A stretch of DNA of 64,000 nucleotides from Desulfopila aestuarii DSM 18488 (lineage in GTDB: Bacteria > Desulfobacterota > Desulfobulbia > Desulfobulbales > Desulfocapsaceae), in contig CAMBBS010000007.1 of assembly GCA_945863875.1 (NCBI GenBank), positions 25,259 to 89,258 on the forward strand. The letters run 5' to 3'. The notes under the pieces were generated by a model. That model was not told where the DNA came from. It searched no databases and saw nothing but the letters and a program-made list of their open reading frames with translations. Positions within the stretch are counted from its first letter, which is position 1; every line of letters begins with the position of its first letter. This document shows, piece by piece, positions 38,018 through 47,684 of this stretch. The position numbers were made by a program, and so were the translations under genes.

Positions 38018-39409
38018 GTGAAAGTTCCCTTTCTGGTTATTGGAGGCGGCCTTTCCGGTCTGGCTGCCGCCATTCGAGTAGCACGGTTCAACCCCAGTGT
38101 CCTCCTTTTAGAAAAACACTCCCGACTTGGTGGTCTCAATTCTTATTTTTACCGGAATAAAACTCTCTACGAAACCGGCCTGCATGCCATAACCAACTAT
38201 GCCGGGCCAAGAGATAAAAAAGCGCCCTTAAACCGGCTGCTGCGGCAACTCAAACTGCAGAGGAATGATTTCACCTTCTGTGAACAATATCACAGTGAAG
38301 TTGTTTTCATGGGCTGCACTTCCCTGAGGTTCTCCAACGATTTCAACCTGTTTCAAAGTGAAATCAGCGGCAAGTTCCCACAAACGGGCGACAAGCTTCA
38401 GAAATTACTGGTCTTTCTTGGTAATTACGATCCCTTCGTCCCCATGCCGTTCACCTCGGCAAAAAAGTTTCTGCTGCAGATCCTGGGCGATAAGCTCCTC
38501 GCGGACATGATTCTCTGTCCGTTGATGTACTATGGTTCCAGTCAGGAAAATGACATGGATCTGTCCCAGTTCGCCATCATGTTTCGAGCCATTTATCAAG
38601 AGGGGATGTTTCGCCCGCTGGGAACCATCAAGGATGTTCTCGATCTGCTCGTTGCCCATCTGCAGACGCTGGGAGGGGAAACAAGAACGAGCTGCGGGGT
38701 AGAAAAGATTGTCCATCACCAGGGCACGGCTATCGGCGTACAGCTCTCTTCCGGGGAAGAGATCGAGTGTGACTATCTCCTCTCAACCATTGGCCGGGAT
38801 GAGACGATGCGCCTTCTTGACAAGACGGCCGCCACGCCGATGACCGGTTATGGCCGTCTCGGTTTTGTCGAGACGATCTATCAGGTGCCTGAGATAGAGG
38901 CAACGCATCTCGCTTGTGACAAAACAATTATTTTTTATAATGACGGTGAGCGGTTCCTCTACAAAAACCCCGAGGGTTTGGTCGATTTTGCCAGCGGGGT
39001 GATCTGCTTTCCGGGAAATTTCCAGGGGCTGGAGCGCAAGGATTTACGGGAAATTCGCTCAACCCATCTGGCAAATTACGCGCTCTGGAAAGCACTCTCG
39101 GCAAATGCAGAACAATACACGGCAGAAAAAGAGCGCACTTCACGCCGCTCCGGCCGATGTCTGGAGAATATAATTGGCGATTTCACGACAAATATTGTAT
39201 ATAAAAATTCCTTTACTCCTCTAACTATTGAGCGCTACACATCAAAAATAGGCGGGGCCATTTACGGTAACCCGACCAAGACAAAAGACGGAACTATCGG
39301 ATTCAACAATCTTTTCCTTGCCGGTACCGATCAGGGATTTCTTGGCATTATCGGCTCGATGCTCAGCGGGGTATCGATCGTCAATCAGCATATCCTGCCC
39401 AGGTTATAA
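38018..39409 (+). CDS. FAD-dependent oxidoreductase, phytoene desaturase (CrtI/CrtN)-like, copy 1
   Basis: 'FLVIGGGLSGLAAAIRVARF...LLLEKHSRLGGL' is a dinucleotide fold. The C-terminal 'LFLAGTDQGFLGIIGSMLSG' is typical of amine-oxidase/CrtI-fold proteins. Confidence 0.75.
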   Translation: MKVPFLVIGGGLSGLAAAIRVARFNPSVLLLEKHSRLGGLNSYFYRNKTLYETGLHAITNYAGPRDKKAPLNRLLRQLKLQRNDFTFCEQYHSEVVFMGCTSLRFSNDFNLFQSEISGKFPQTGDKLQKLLVFLGNYDPFVPMPFTSAKKFLLQILGDKLLADMILCPLMYYGSSQENDMDLSQFAIMFRAIYQEGMFRPLGTIKDVLDLLVAHLQTLGGETRTSCGVEKIVHHQGTAIGVQLSSGEEIECDYLLSTIGRDETMRLLDKTAATPMTGYGRLGFVETIYQVPEIEATHLACDKTIIFYNDGERFLYKNPEGLVDFASGVICFPGNFQGLERKDLREIRSTHLANYALWKALSANAEQYTAEKERTSRRSGRCLENIIGDFTTNIVYKNSFTPLTIERYTSKIGGAIYGNPTKTKDGTIGFNNLFLAGTDQGFLGIIGSMLSGVSIVNQHILPRL

Positions 39410-39449
39410 GTTAACTTTTAATCGACCCTCTTTCACCACGTTGTTATTT

Positions 39450-40853
39450 ATGCCTGTATCATTTTCCCAAGTGGATAATCAATACGATGTCATCGTCATA
39501 GGCTCCGGGCTCGGTGGACTGACGACAGCCAACCGCCTGGCCTACTGCGGACATAAGGTTTTGCTTGTCGAGCATCACCATAGATTGGGCGGCCTGTCCA
39601 CCTGGTTTAAACGCCGTGGTCATATTTTCGATATTTCCCTGCATGGTTTCCCCTATGGCATGGTCAAAACCTGCAAGAAATACTGGAATAAGGCGATCAT
39701 GCAATCCATTGTCCAACTGCCGAATATTGTTTTTGACAATCCGCAGTTTACCCTGCGCACCACCTTTGACAAAACTGATTTTACCGAACTCCTCCGGTCT
39801 CATTTCAAAGTTCCCGAAGAGAGAATAAACAGCTTCTTTGCCACCGTGGCCGGCATGAATTTTTATGACGACCAGTCAATGACCACCAGGGAACTGTTCG
39901 AGCGTTTTTTCCCCGGCAGAAGTGATGTGCACAGATTACTCATGGAGCCGATCACCTACGCCAACGGATCGACCTTGGACGATCCGGCTATCACCTACGG
40001 CATAGTCTTCTCCAACTTCATGAACAAAGGCGTATTTACCTTTGAGGGCGGCACCGACAAACTCATCGGAATGATGACCGATGAACTGGAAAAAAACGGT
40101 GTGACCATCTGCACCAAGGCTAAGGTTGACAAAATCATCACCGAAAAAGGCAGGGTGAGAGGCATTTCTGTTCATGGCACAACAATTTGCGCCAAAGCGG
40201 TGGTTTCCAACAGCGGTATAACGAATACCATTCAAAATCTCACCGACCGTGAGGTGTACTCCGATGCGTTTCTCGAAAAAGCCGATAAGATCCGGGTAAA
40301 CACCTCGAGCTGCCAGGTATATCTCGGCATACGGCAGGGCGACAGAATCGACGACGTCGGGGATCTTCTCTTCACCTCCAAATCGCCGGAATTTGATTCA
40401 GAGGAACTCCTCGATATGAATACCAAATCGAAGACTTTCTCCCTATACTATCCAAAGACCAGACCGGGTGCCGACCAGTATACCGTCGTCGCCTCGATGA
40501 ATAGCCGCTTTGAAGACTGGGCGAACCTTGACGAAGAAACGTACCAGAGGGAAAAGCAGTCCCTGGTCACCAGAACGATTGCCGATTTAGACAAGTACCT
40601 GCCCGGTGTAAAGGGAAAAATTGACTGGGCGGAAGCAGCAACACCACGGACATTCAACAGCTATACCCTGCACACCCGGGGTACCTCCTTTGGCACCAAG
40701 TTTGAAGGATTGGACATATCCCGATCAATATTCAAAGAGGTAGCCGGGCTGTTCCATGTCGGCTCGGTCGGAATTATTATGTCCGGCTGGCTTGGCGCCA
40801 TTAACTACGGTGTTATCGTCGCAAACGATGTCGACGGTTTTCTCAGGGCATAA
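39450..40853 (+). CDS. FAD-dependent oxidoreductase, phytoene desaturase (CrtI/CrtN)-like, copy 2
   Basis: '[38 protein letters not shown]' and C-terminal '[21 protein letters not shown]'. Start moved to the ATG at 39450. Confidence 0.75.
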   Translation: MPVSFSQVDNQYDVIVIGSGLGGLTTANRLAYCGHKVLLVEHHHRLGGLSTWFKRRGHIFDISLHGFPYGMVKTCKKYWNKAIMQSIVQLPNIVFDNPQFTLRTTFDKTDFTELLRSHFKVPEERINSFFATVAGMNFYDDQSMTTRELFERFFPGRSDVHRLLMEPITYANGSTLDDPAITYGIVFSNFMNKGVFTFEGGTDKLIGMMTDELEKNGVTICTKAKVDKIITEKGRVRGISVHGTTICAKAVVSNSGITNTIQNLTDREVYSDAFLEKADKIRVNTSSCQVYLGIRQGDRIDDVGDLLFTSKSPEFDSEELLDMNTKSKTFSLYYPKTRPGADQYTVVASMNSRFEDWANLDEETYQREKQSLVTRTIADLDKYLPGVKGKIDWAEAATPRTFNSYTLHTRGTSFGTKFEGLDISRSIFKEVAGLFHVGSVGIIMSGWLGAINYGVIVANDVDGFLRA

Positions 40854-40861
40854 GGAGCGAA

Positions 40862-41602
40862 ATGAGTGAATTTGCGGGTCAGACCGTGCTTGTCAGCGGG
40901 GCAACAAGAGGCATCGGCCGAGCAATCGCCGGGAAATTTCTTCAAGCAGGGGCAGAGGTCATCGGCATCTACGCCGGAAATACCGATGCCGCCGCATCGT
41001 TTGCCGAAGAATTCAAAGAGTATTCCTCGCAACTGTCACTTTTGCGATGTGATATTACCAAAGAGGCCGAGGTGGGCGGCCTGTTCGCAATGATCGAGGA
41101 AAAATTCCAGCGCCTTGATGTCCTGGTGAATAACGCCGGCATCCGCAAAGATGCTCTCCTCGCCTTGATGCAGAGCGAGCAATGGCAGCAGGTGATTGAC
41201 ACCAATCTCACCGGAACTTTCTATATGGCCAAGCAGGCGGTGCTGCTTATGCTGCAGCACAAATACGGCCGAATAATCAATATTACCTCGCCAGTCGCCT
41301 CCCTCGGCTTTCCCGGCCAGGCCAACTACGCCGCCTCCAAGGCCGGACAGATCGCTCTGACCAAGACTCTGGCGAAGGAAGTTGCCAAGAAAAAAATTAC
41401 CGTTAATTGCGTATCTCCCGGATTCATCGCCACCGACTTTATCAACGACCTAGGTAAAGAACAACTGACGGCATATAAAAAATTGGTGCCGATGAACAGG
41501 TTTGGCACCGCTGAAGAGGTTGCCGACGCCGTCCTTTTTCTGGCAGGTCACCGGGCGGCATATATAACCGGTACCGTCCTAGACGTCAGTGGCGGACTGT
41601 AA
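40862..41602 (+). CDS. 3-oxoacyl-ACP reductase (SDR, FabG-like)
   Basis: 'VLVSGATRGIGRAIA', 'NNAGI', 'ANYAASKAG' (YxxxK) and 'ITVNCVSPGFIATD'. Confidence 0.88.
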   Translation: MSEFAGQTVLVSGATRGIGRAIAGKFLQAGAEVIGIYAGNTDAAASFAEEFKEYSSQLSLLRCDITKEAEVGGLFAMIEEKFQRLDVLVNNAGIRKDALLALMQSEQWQQVIDTNLTGTFYMAKQAVLLMLQHKYGRIINITSPVASLGFPGQANYAASKAGQIALTKTLAKEVAKKKITVNCVSPGFIATDFINDLGKEQLTAYKKLVPMNRFGTAEEVADAVLFLAGHRAAYITGTVLDVSGGL

Positions 41603-41604
41603 CC

Positions 41605-42048
41605 ATGGACTCTCTTGCGGAAATCACCTCCCTTATCCCCCACCGGGCCCCCTTTTTATGGGTTGATACAATCATTTCCTTTGCCGACGACACAATCGTC
41701 ACCGAGAAAACGATCCCGACCGACCTCGATATCTTCACCGGCCACTATCCGGGCAACCCGATTATGCCCGGAGTACTCCTCTGCGAAGCTATCTTCCAGA
41801 GTGGCGCCCTGCTCATGGGGAAGATGGGTGCGGTGAAAAACGCAGATGTGGCGGCGCTTCCTGTTTTAACCCGCATCAACAGTGCCAAATTCAAAAGAAG
41901 CGTACGCCCAGGGGATACCGTCCGCATACAGGTGAAAATGTCGGAAACCATATCCTCGGTCAGCTTTTTCAAGGGCAAGATGACGGTCGGAGGAAAAACC
42001 GCCGTCCAGGTAGATTTTGCCTGTACAATGGGTTTTTCCATCGCCTAG
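41605..42048 (+). CDS. 3-hydroxyacyl-ACP dehydratase (FabZ/FabA-like hotdog)
   Basis: 'LIPHRAPFLWVDTI' and 'FTGHYPGNPIMPGVLLCEAIFQ'. Confidence 0.85.
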   Translation: MDSLAEITSLIPHRAPFLWVDTIISFADDTIVTEKTIPTDLDIFTGHYPGNPIMPGVLLCEAIFQSGALLMGKMGAVKNADVAALPVLTRINSAKFKRSVRPGDTVRIQVKMSETISSVSFFKGKMTVGGKTAVQVDFACTMGFSIA

Positions 42049-42258
42049 CTTTATTCTTGTAAGAAAAAGCATCACCCCTGGGGTATAAAGTCTTGTCACG
42101 CAATTGACCTGTTGAATTTTTATTAAAAATAGGTAATATGTACCCTCTTAAAACCACGACACATCGACAACAATCCATCTTTTTAAAATTACCGCCGCAA
42201 CCGGGACACGATGCAATAAATACATTGCTCATGTTTTCTCTCTAGTAGGTATCTTTTC

Positions 42259-42960
42259 GTGCAGCTATCAATTTCCGACATGATTCTACATGCTGGCCCC
42301 ATGGGCCAGCTGGTGATGTTCACCCTGCTTATTTTCTCGATCGTATCCTGGACCATAGTGGTGATGAAGGCCCGTTTATACAAAAAAGTCCGTCTTGACT
42401 CGGAAGACTTTATTGAAACCTTCTGGGGTTCGTCTAACCTGAACGAAGCATTCACTGCCGCTGCCGAATATGCCTATTCTCCCCAGGCGGCGGTTTTTGT
42501 CGCCGGGTTTAGAGAGCTCGAAAAAATCAATAAAATCCGCAACAAAAGGGATGTAAACAAAGGACCGGACACCCTCGATATGCAGCTGGCCACCATGGAC
42601 AATCTTAAACGGGCCGTCAGGAAAGCGGAATCACAGAAAATCAATCAACTCGGCAGCAGTCTTCCCTTTTTAGCCACGACCGGAAGCGCAACACCGTTTA
42701 TCGGTCTTTTCGGTACCGTCTGGGGTATCATGGCTTCTTTTCATGATATCGGCCAAAGAGGCTCGGCATCTCTCGCGGTGGTCGCCCCGGGCATATCAGA
42801 GGCATTGGTCGCCACCGCCGCAGGGCTTGCCGTCGCTATTCCGGCGGTTATTTTTTACAACTACTATTCCAATAAACTTGATGAAATCGACGCAGAAATA
42901 GCCAACTTTTCCACCGACTTTCTCAATCTCGTGGAACGTGACCTGCTAAGTAGAGTATAG
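42259..42960 (+). CDS. tolQ: Tol-Pal system protein TolQ (MotA/TolQ/ExbB proton channel)
   Basis: 'LPFLATTGSATPFIGLFGTVWGIM' and 'VAPGISEALVATAAGLAVAIPAVIFYNY'. Confidence 0.9.
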   Translation: MQLSISDMILHAGPMGQLVMFTLLIFSIVSWTIVVMKARLYKKVRLDSEDFIETFWGSSNLNEAFTAAAEYAYSPQAAVFVAGFRELEKINKIRNKRDVNKGPDTLDMQLATMDNLKRAVRKAESQKINQLGSSLPFLATTGSATPFIGLFGTVWGIMASFHDIGQRGSASLAVVAPGISEALVATAAGLAVAIPAVIFYNYYSNKLDEIDAEIANFSTDFLNLVERDLLSRV

Positions 42961-42964
42961 AACA

Positions 42965-43381
42965 ATGGGCCCAACAAGAAGTAACGGCAGAAAAAGACTT
43001 GTTTCTGATATCAACGTGACACCGCTCGTCGATGTCATGTTGGTACTGTTGATAATATTCATGGTAACCGCGCCGATGATGACGCAGGGGATCGATGTGG
43101 ATCTCCCTGAAACGACGTCAAAATCCCTGCGTCAGGAAGAAAAACCCGTTTCCGTTACTATCAACAAGGAAGGGGGTCTCAGTATCAACAATATTCAACT
43201 CAGCCGTGCTCTGATGATCCAGGAGCTGGAAAAAAACTATACTGCCAATAAAGACCAGCCTATCTATATCAGGGCCGACAAGAACGTTACCTATGGACAC
43301 GTGATGGCGGTTATGGAAGATATAAAATCGGTCGGGTTTAATAAGGTTGGTATGATTACCGTGCCACCTGAGAAAGAGTAA
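42965..43381 (+). CDS. tolR: TolR (ExbD/TolR family)
   Basis: 'SDINVTPLVDVMLVLLIIFMVTAP' and 'IYIRADKNVTYGHVMAVMEDIK'. Confidence 0.9.
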   Translation: MGPTRSNGRKRLVSDINVTPLVDVMLVLLIIFMVTAPMMTQGIDVDLPETTSKSLRQEEKPVSVTINKEGGLSINNIQLSRALMIQELEKNYTANKDQPIYIRADKNVTYGHVMAVMEDIKSVGFNKVGMITVPPEKE

Positions 43382-43385
43382 CAGC

Positions 43386-44411
43386 GTGTTTCGAGTTACT
43401 GCCATGACGTCCAATGAATGGAAACTGCCACTGAATGTTGCCATCGGCATTCACATACTGGTCCTGTTAGGATCTTTATATTTACCGGCGATATTTAAGA
43501 CCAAGCCGAAATTTGCCGACATTTACACGGTAAGTATTATCAATATTGCCGAACCTGCGGCAGGTACGCCGCCTGCCGCAGGCCCGAAAACGAGTCCGCC
43601 TCCGGTAAGCACCCCGCAAAAGAAGGCCGAAAAACCTGCTCCGGTCATTAAACCCCAGGAAAAGGTGGTAAAAGCCCCCGTGCCGATTGCCAAACCCCCG
43701 GAGAAGGAAGCTCCTGCTCCCGTTCCGGTAGCTGAACCCGAGGAAAAGATAGATCCGACACCGGCTCCACAAAAGGCTATTTCTCTGAAACCGATAAAAA
43801 AGAAAATAATCCAAAAGATCAAGCCGGCAGAAGATATTAAACCACCGGAAAATATCAAGCCCAGGGAGAATCCGGTTCGCAAACAAGAGATGGAACGAAA
43901 CAGGAGAGAAATACTTGCCAAGGCAATCAGAGAAGAAGAGCTCCTGGCGGCAAAGGCCCAATTGGCTCAAGAGGCTCTTGAGGCTGAACGTAACCTGCTC
44001 CAACCGTCACAGTCGGCCAGTAATGTAAATGAGGTTGCGGCAAGGTCGTCTGCAAGTTCGTCTGCAAGTTCGAACAATCAGACGTCAACCGGAGCCGCTG
44101 CCAGCGGCGGCAGCACAAATCTGCTTGAAAGCCAATATCTGGCATCGGTCTTCAATAGATTGCAGCAGTTCTGGGCACCGCCCGAATACTTGCAGCAAGA
44201 TCCAGATTTAACTGCCGTGGTGGTCATTACTATCAACCTTGACGGAAACATTGCCAACATGGCTTTTGAAAGCAAATCCGGCGACAGGGTGTTTGACCAG
44301 TTTGTCAACAGCACCATAGAAGCGGCCAACCCTATGCCGCCAATTCCACCCGCCCTGAGAAAGCAACGTTTTGAAGTAGGGTTGCGTTTCAGGCCGGGCA
44401 GTATACAATAA
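43386..44411 (+). CDS. tolA: TolA-like protein (TM anchor, Pro/Lys-rich spacer, coiled coil, TonB_C/TolA C-domain)
   Basis: TM 'LPLNVAIGIHILVLLGSLYL'. Long 'KPAPVIKPQEKVVKAPVPIAKPPEKEAPAP' spacer. C-terminal 'FWAPPE...AVVVITINLDGNI...FESKSGDRVFDQ'. Alternative start at the ATG at 43404. Confidence 0.8.
   Translation: MFRVTAMTSNEWKLPLNVAIGIHILVLLGSLYLPAIFKTKPKFADIYTVSIINIAEPAAGTPPAAGPKTSPPPVSTPQKKAEKPAPVIKPQEKVVKAPVPIAKPPEKEAPAPVPVAEPEEKIDPTPAPQKAISLKPIKKKIIQKIKPAEDIKPPENIKPRENPVRKQEMERNRREILAKAIREEELLAAKAQLAQEALEAERNLLQPSQSASNVNEVAARSSASSSASSNNQTSTGAAASGGSTNLLESQYLASVFNRLQQFWAPPEYLQQDPDLTAVVVITINLDGNIANMAFESKSGDRVFDQFVNSTIEAANPMPPIPPALRKQRFEVGLRFRPGSIQ
44047..44072 (+). repeat. 2.2 copies of a 12-nt tandem repeat (CGTCTGCAAGTT) inside tolA
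   Basis: Copies at 44047-44058 and 44059-44070 are identical, and the next 2 nt continue the unit. It encodes SSASSSASS. Confidence 0.85.
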
Positions 44412-44448
44412 CACAATATAACCCATAGTTGCAAAAGGTCTACCATCC

Positions 44449-45732
44449 ATGAAAACAACTACTTTCAGGAATTTATTCTTTTTTATCCTTCTGTTTATTG
44501 TTGCAGAGAAGGCAATCGGCGCCGAACGCGTCTACCTGGATATTACCGCTTCAGAGACCAGAAAAATCAACATTGCGGTTCCGGTGTTTCAAAACAAAAA
44601 TCTGTCCGGTCAACCTAATGTGATCGCCAGAGAACTGGCGGACACTCTGAGCAACGCGCTCAAGTTTCATGGCATTATTTCCATAATTTCCAGCCCCGGG
44701 TATGGTGGCAATGAACCTGCAGACTGGAAAAAGTCAGGTGCCGATTATGCCGTGTTAGGGCAATATGAGATGAACTCGGACGTCATTAAACTTGAAATGA
44801 GACTGCTGGATGTCGCTGGGGACGAGATCATTATGGGCAAAAGCTTCTCTGGTTCGACGGCCCAAAAAGAACAAATACTCTTTAAATTTTGCGACAACGT
44901 TATCGAAACCCTGACGGGCAAACCTGGCATTGCAACCTCCCGGATCGTCTTTGTCAACGGAGAAAAGAATACCAAAGAGGTTTATCTGACAGACATCCTC
45001 GGGACAAGATTCAGACAAATAACTCGTCACAAACATCTCACCGTCAGCCCAAGGTTTGTTCCCGGAGGAAATTTTCTGACCTACACCTCCTATCACAGCG
45101 GTAATCAAAATTTGTATATTACCGATCTGCGGCAGGACAAAATCACCCGGGTGATTTCTCGACGCAAGGGTTTAAATCTTGCGCCGGCCTGGGCAGCCGA
45201 TGGTCAATCCATGGTCCTCACCCTTTCCACAAACGGCAACCCGGATCTCTATCTTTTGAACGCGGCTGGCGAAATAATTGAACAACTTACCGACCGGGCG
45301 GGTATCAATGTCTCCCCGACCTGGTCTCCCGATGGCAGCCATCTTGTTTTTGTCTCCGACCGTAGCGGTAAACCGCAACTCTATCTGATGGATATGCGAA
45401 CAAGAAAGGTGCAAAGACTGACCTTTGAAGGATCTGAGAACGCAGAACCCAGCTGGTCGCCGACTGAAGACCTTATTGTCTATTCCAGCCTGCGAGACGG
45501 CGTGTACCAGTTATTTACCCTCAATCCATACAAAAACATCGCCCCGGTTCAGGTGACCGACGACCTCAGTTATCACGAAGCACCCTCCTGGTCACCAGAC
45601 GGCAACCAGATCATATTTGCAAAACGTGATGGCAAAAAGAACCAGATATACGGTATAATGAAAAACGGTTCCTTTCAACGAAGGCTTTTCACTCTTCCCG
45701 GCAGCCAGAATTATCCCCAATGGTCAAGGTAA
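44449..45732 (+). CDS. tolB: TolB (periplasmic beta-propeller)
   Basis: Signal peptide, then repeated 'P.WSPDG' blades (SPTWSPDGSHLVFVSDRSG, EPSWSPTEDLIVYSS, APSWSPDGNQIIFA). Confidence 0.9.
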   Translation: MKTTTFRNLFFFILLFIVAEKAIGAERVYLDITASETRKINIAVPVFQNKNLSGQPNVIARELADTLSNALKFHGIISIISSPGYGGNEPADWKKSGADYAVLGQYEMNSDVIKLEMRLLDVAGDEIIMGKSFSGSTAQKEQILFKFCDNVIETLTGKPGIATSRIVFVNGEKNTKEVYLTDILGTRFRQITRHKHLTVSPRFVPGGNFLTYTSYHSGNQNLYITDLRQDKITRVISRRKGLNLAPAWAADGQSMVLTLSTNGNPDLYLLNAAGEIIEQLTDRAGINVSPTWSPDGSHLVFVSDRSGKPQLYLMDMRTRKVQRLTFEGSENAEPSWSPTEDLIVYSSLRDGVYQLFTLNPYKNIAPVQVTDDLSYHEAPSWSPDGNQIIFAKRDGKKNQIYGIMKNGSFQRRLFTLPGSQNYPQWSR

Positions 45733-45769
45733 GGTATTCAGAGAATAATTTTAGCAAAATAACTCTATC

Positions 45770-46855
45770 ATGAAAAAAACAGTAATAAATTTTCTTCTTC
45801 TTGTCGCGGCAACGCCTTTTCTTGTGCAATGTGCTTCGCAGGCTGATGTCGATCAATTACGATATCAACTGCGTGTCGTTAATAAAAAAATCGAGGATAT
45901 GCGCTCGACCACAGTCGGCCAACTGCAGAAACGTCAAGCTGTGGCCAGCGGGCAGGTAGATCAGGTCGAACAGGATATTCTTCAATTGAAAAATCAGCTT
46001 GAGGAAACCAATCACCTTAATCAACGGCTCAAGGAGCAAAATAAAGAACTTGAGGCGACCATTACCAACGTAGTCCAGACGGAAGCAACCAAACGTGAAG
46101 AAGCGTTAAAGCAATTCGAAGAGTCTCAACGTGAAAAAGAGCTCAGACTGACGGAGAACCTGAACGAAAAATTGCGATTGCAGGAAGAAAGTGTCAAGGC
46201 GATTCAGGAAGCGCGTATTAAGGAGGCAGAACGCCGGGCCAAAGAGGCGTCAATTGCCGCAGAACTGGCAAAGACCCGTGCAAAATCAGCCAATACTGAT
46301 TTGCAGTCGGCAGGATCTCCCGGCCACATCCGTCTGGAGCAGAAAAAAGTCAAATTGACGCCGGCAGTGCAGGCTGCGTTGGCTGCACCCTCCCAGCCGA
46401 CGGCCACGCCGGCTGAGCAAAATGTCCAGCCGGCGGTACAGGAAAAGCCAGCTGCGGTTGTTCCCGTTGCAGATCCGATCGCCTCCGAGCCGTCTCCAGA
46501 CAATTTCAGCAAAGCACAGAAGCTTTATGAAAGCGAGAAGTATAAGGAGGCTCAACAATTATTCGAACAGGTCGCCGGCAATACATCCGAGAGCAAAAGC
46601 GTAGACGCTCGGTTTATGATGGGCGAGTGCCTCTTTGAACAGAAGGAATACGATAAGGCGATCATGCAGTATCAGAATATTATTTCCCAGCATGCCGAAC
46701 ACGCCCGATCTCCGGCTGCAATGCTGAAGCAGGGGATGGCCTTTGAAAAACTCTCCGATAAGGACACCGCAAAGGTTATCTACAAAAAATTACTGAAAAA
46801 GCACGGTTCATCTCCCGAGGCGGCGGCAGCCCAGGAAAGAATCAGCAAGATCTAG
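45770..46855 (+). CDS. cpoB: CpoB/YbgF-like protein with an extended coiled coil and C-terminal TPR domain
   Basis: Signal peptide 'MKKTVINFLLLVAATPFLVQCAS'. About 170 aa of heptad-like E/K/Q/L sequence, then an Ala/Pro linker, then TPR 'AQKLYESEKYKEAQQLFEQV...AMLKQGMAFEKLSDKDTAKVIYKKLLKKH'. Confidence 0.75.
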   Translation: MKKTVINFLLLVAATPFLVQCASQADVDQLRYQLRVVNKKIEDMRSTTVGQLQKRQAVASGQVDQVEQDILQLKNQLEETNHLNQRLKEQNKELEATITNVVQTEATKREEALKQFEESQREKELRLTENLNEKLRLQEESVKAIQEARIKEAERRAKEASIAAELAKTRAKSANTDLQSAGSPGHIRLEQKKVKLTPAVQAALAAPSQPTATPAEQNVQPAVQEKPAAVVPVADPIASEPSPDNFSKAQKLYESEKYKEAQQLFEQVAGNTSESKSVDARFMMGECLFEQKEYDKAIMQYQNIISQHAEHARSPAAMLKQGMAFEKLSDKDTAKVIYKKLLKKHGSSPEAAAAQERISKI

Positions 46856-46873
46856 AAAACGGAACACAGCGTT

Positions 46874-47623
46874 TTGAAGGATCGCCTGGACAATATCTTG
46901 ATAGATAGAAAAATCGCCCCGACCCTCGAAACGGCACGGGCGATGATATACGCCGGAGAAGTCTATCTCGGAGAACAGATCTCCGATAAACCCGGGCGAG
47001 TATGTGCAACCGATTCGCCCATCCGTGTCAAGGAGAAATGCCCCTATGTTTCAAGGGGCGGCCTGAAGCTCGAAAAAGCGCTGGCCTATTTTCGTGTCTC
47101 CCCGGCCGGTCTGATCTGTCTTGATGTTGGTGCATCTTCCGGCGGTTTTACCGATTGCCTCCTGCAGAACAATGCACGGAGTGTGCACGCGGTGGATGTC
47201 GCCTATGGGCAACTGGCCTGGAAAATCAGACAGGATCAGAGGGTTACGGTACTGGAACGTTTCAACGCCAGAAATATCACGGCCAAAGATATCAACAATG
47301 AGCCGATCGATCTTGCGGTCATGGATGTCTCGTTTATTTCTCTGACCACTCTTTTGCCGCCAGTTTCAAAACTTTTTGCCCAGGAGGTGTCGATTCTCGC
47401 CCTCATAAAACCGCAGTTCGAGCTTCCTCGGGAGGATATCGGCCCGGGGGGCGTGGTCAGCGAGACGTCCCTGCACCAAAAAGCCATAGACAAAATCAAG
47501 GTCTTTGCCGAGCAATGCGGGTTAATGAGCAGAGGGACCGTTACCTCACCGATACTCGGCCCAAAAGGGAATCGCGAGTTTCTCATCCACATCACCTCCT
47601 TGGCATCCTCTTCACCCAGATAA
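46874..47623 (+). CDS. tlyA: TlyA-family rRNA 2'-O-methyltransferase (S4 + FtsJ domains)
   Basis: 'RLDNILIDRKIAPTLETARAMIYAG', 'YVSRGGLKLEKAL' and 'LDVGASSGGFTDCLLQN'. Confidence 0.88.
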   Translation: MKDRLDNILIDRKIAPTLETARAMIYAGEVYLGEQISDKPGRVCATDSPIRVKEKCPYVSRGGLKLEKALAYFRVSPAGLICLDVGASSGGFTDCLLQNNARSVHAVDVAYGQLAWKIRQDQRVTVLERFNARNITAKDINNEPIDLAVMDVSFISLTTLLPPVSKLFAQEVSILALIKPQFELPREDIGPGGVVSETSLHQKAIDKIKVFAEQCGLMSRGTVTSPILGPKGNREFLIHITSLASSSPR

Positions 47624-47684
47624 ATCGGGGCATACCGCCGCCGGGTATATGCATCGCGGAGAAAGCCGGTCCAAGAATGTTACC

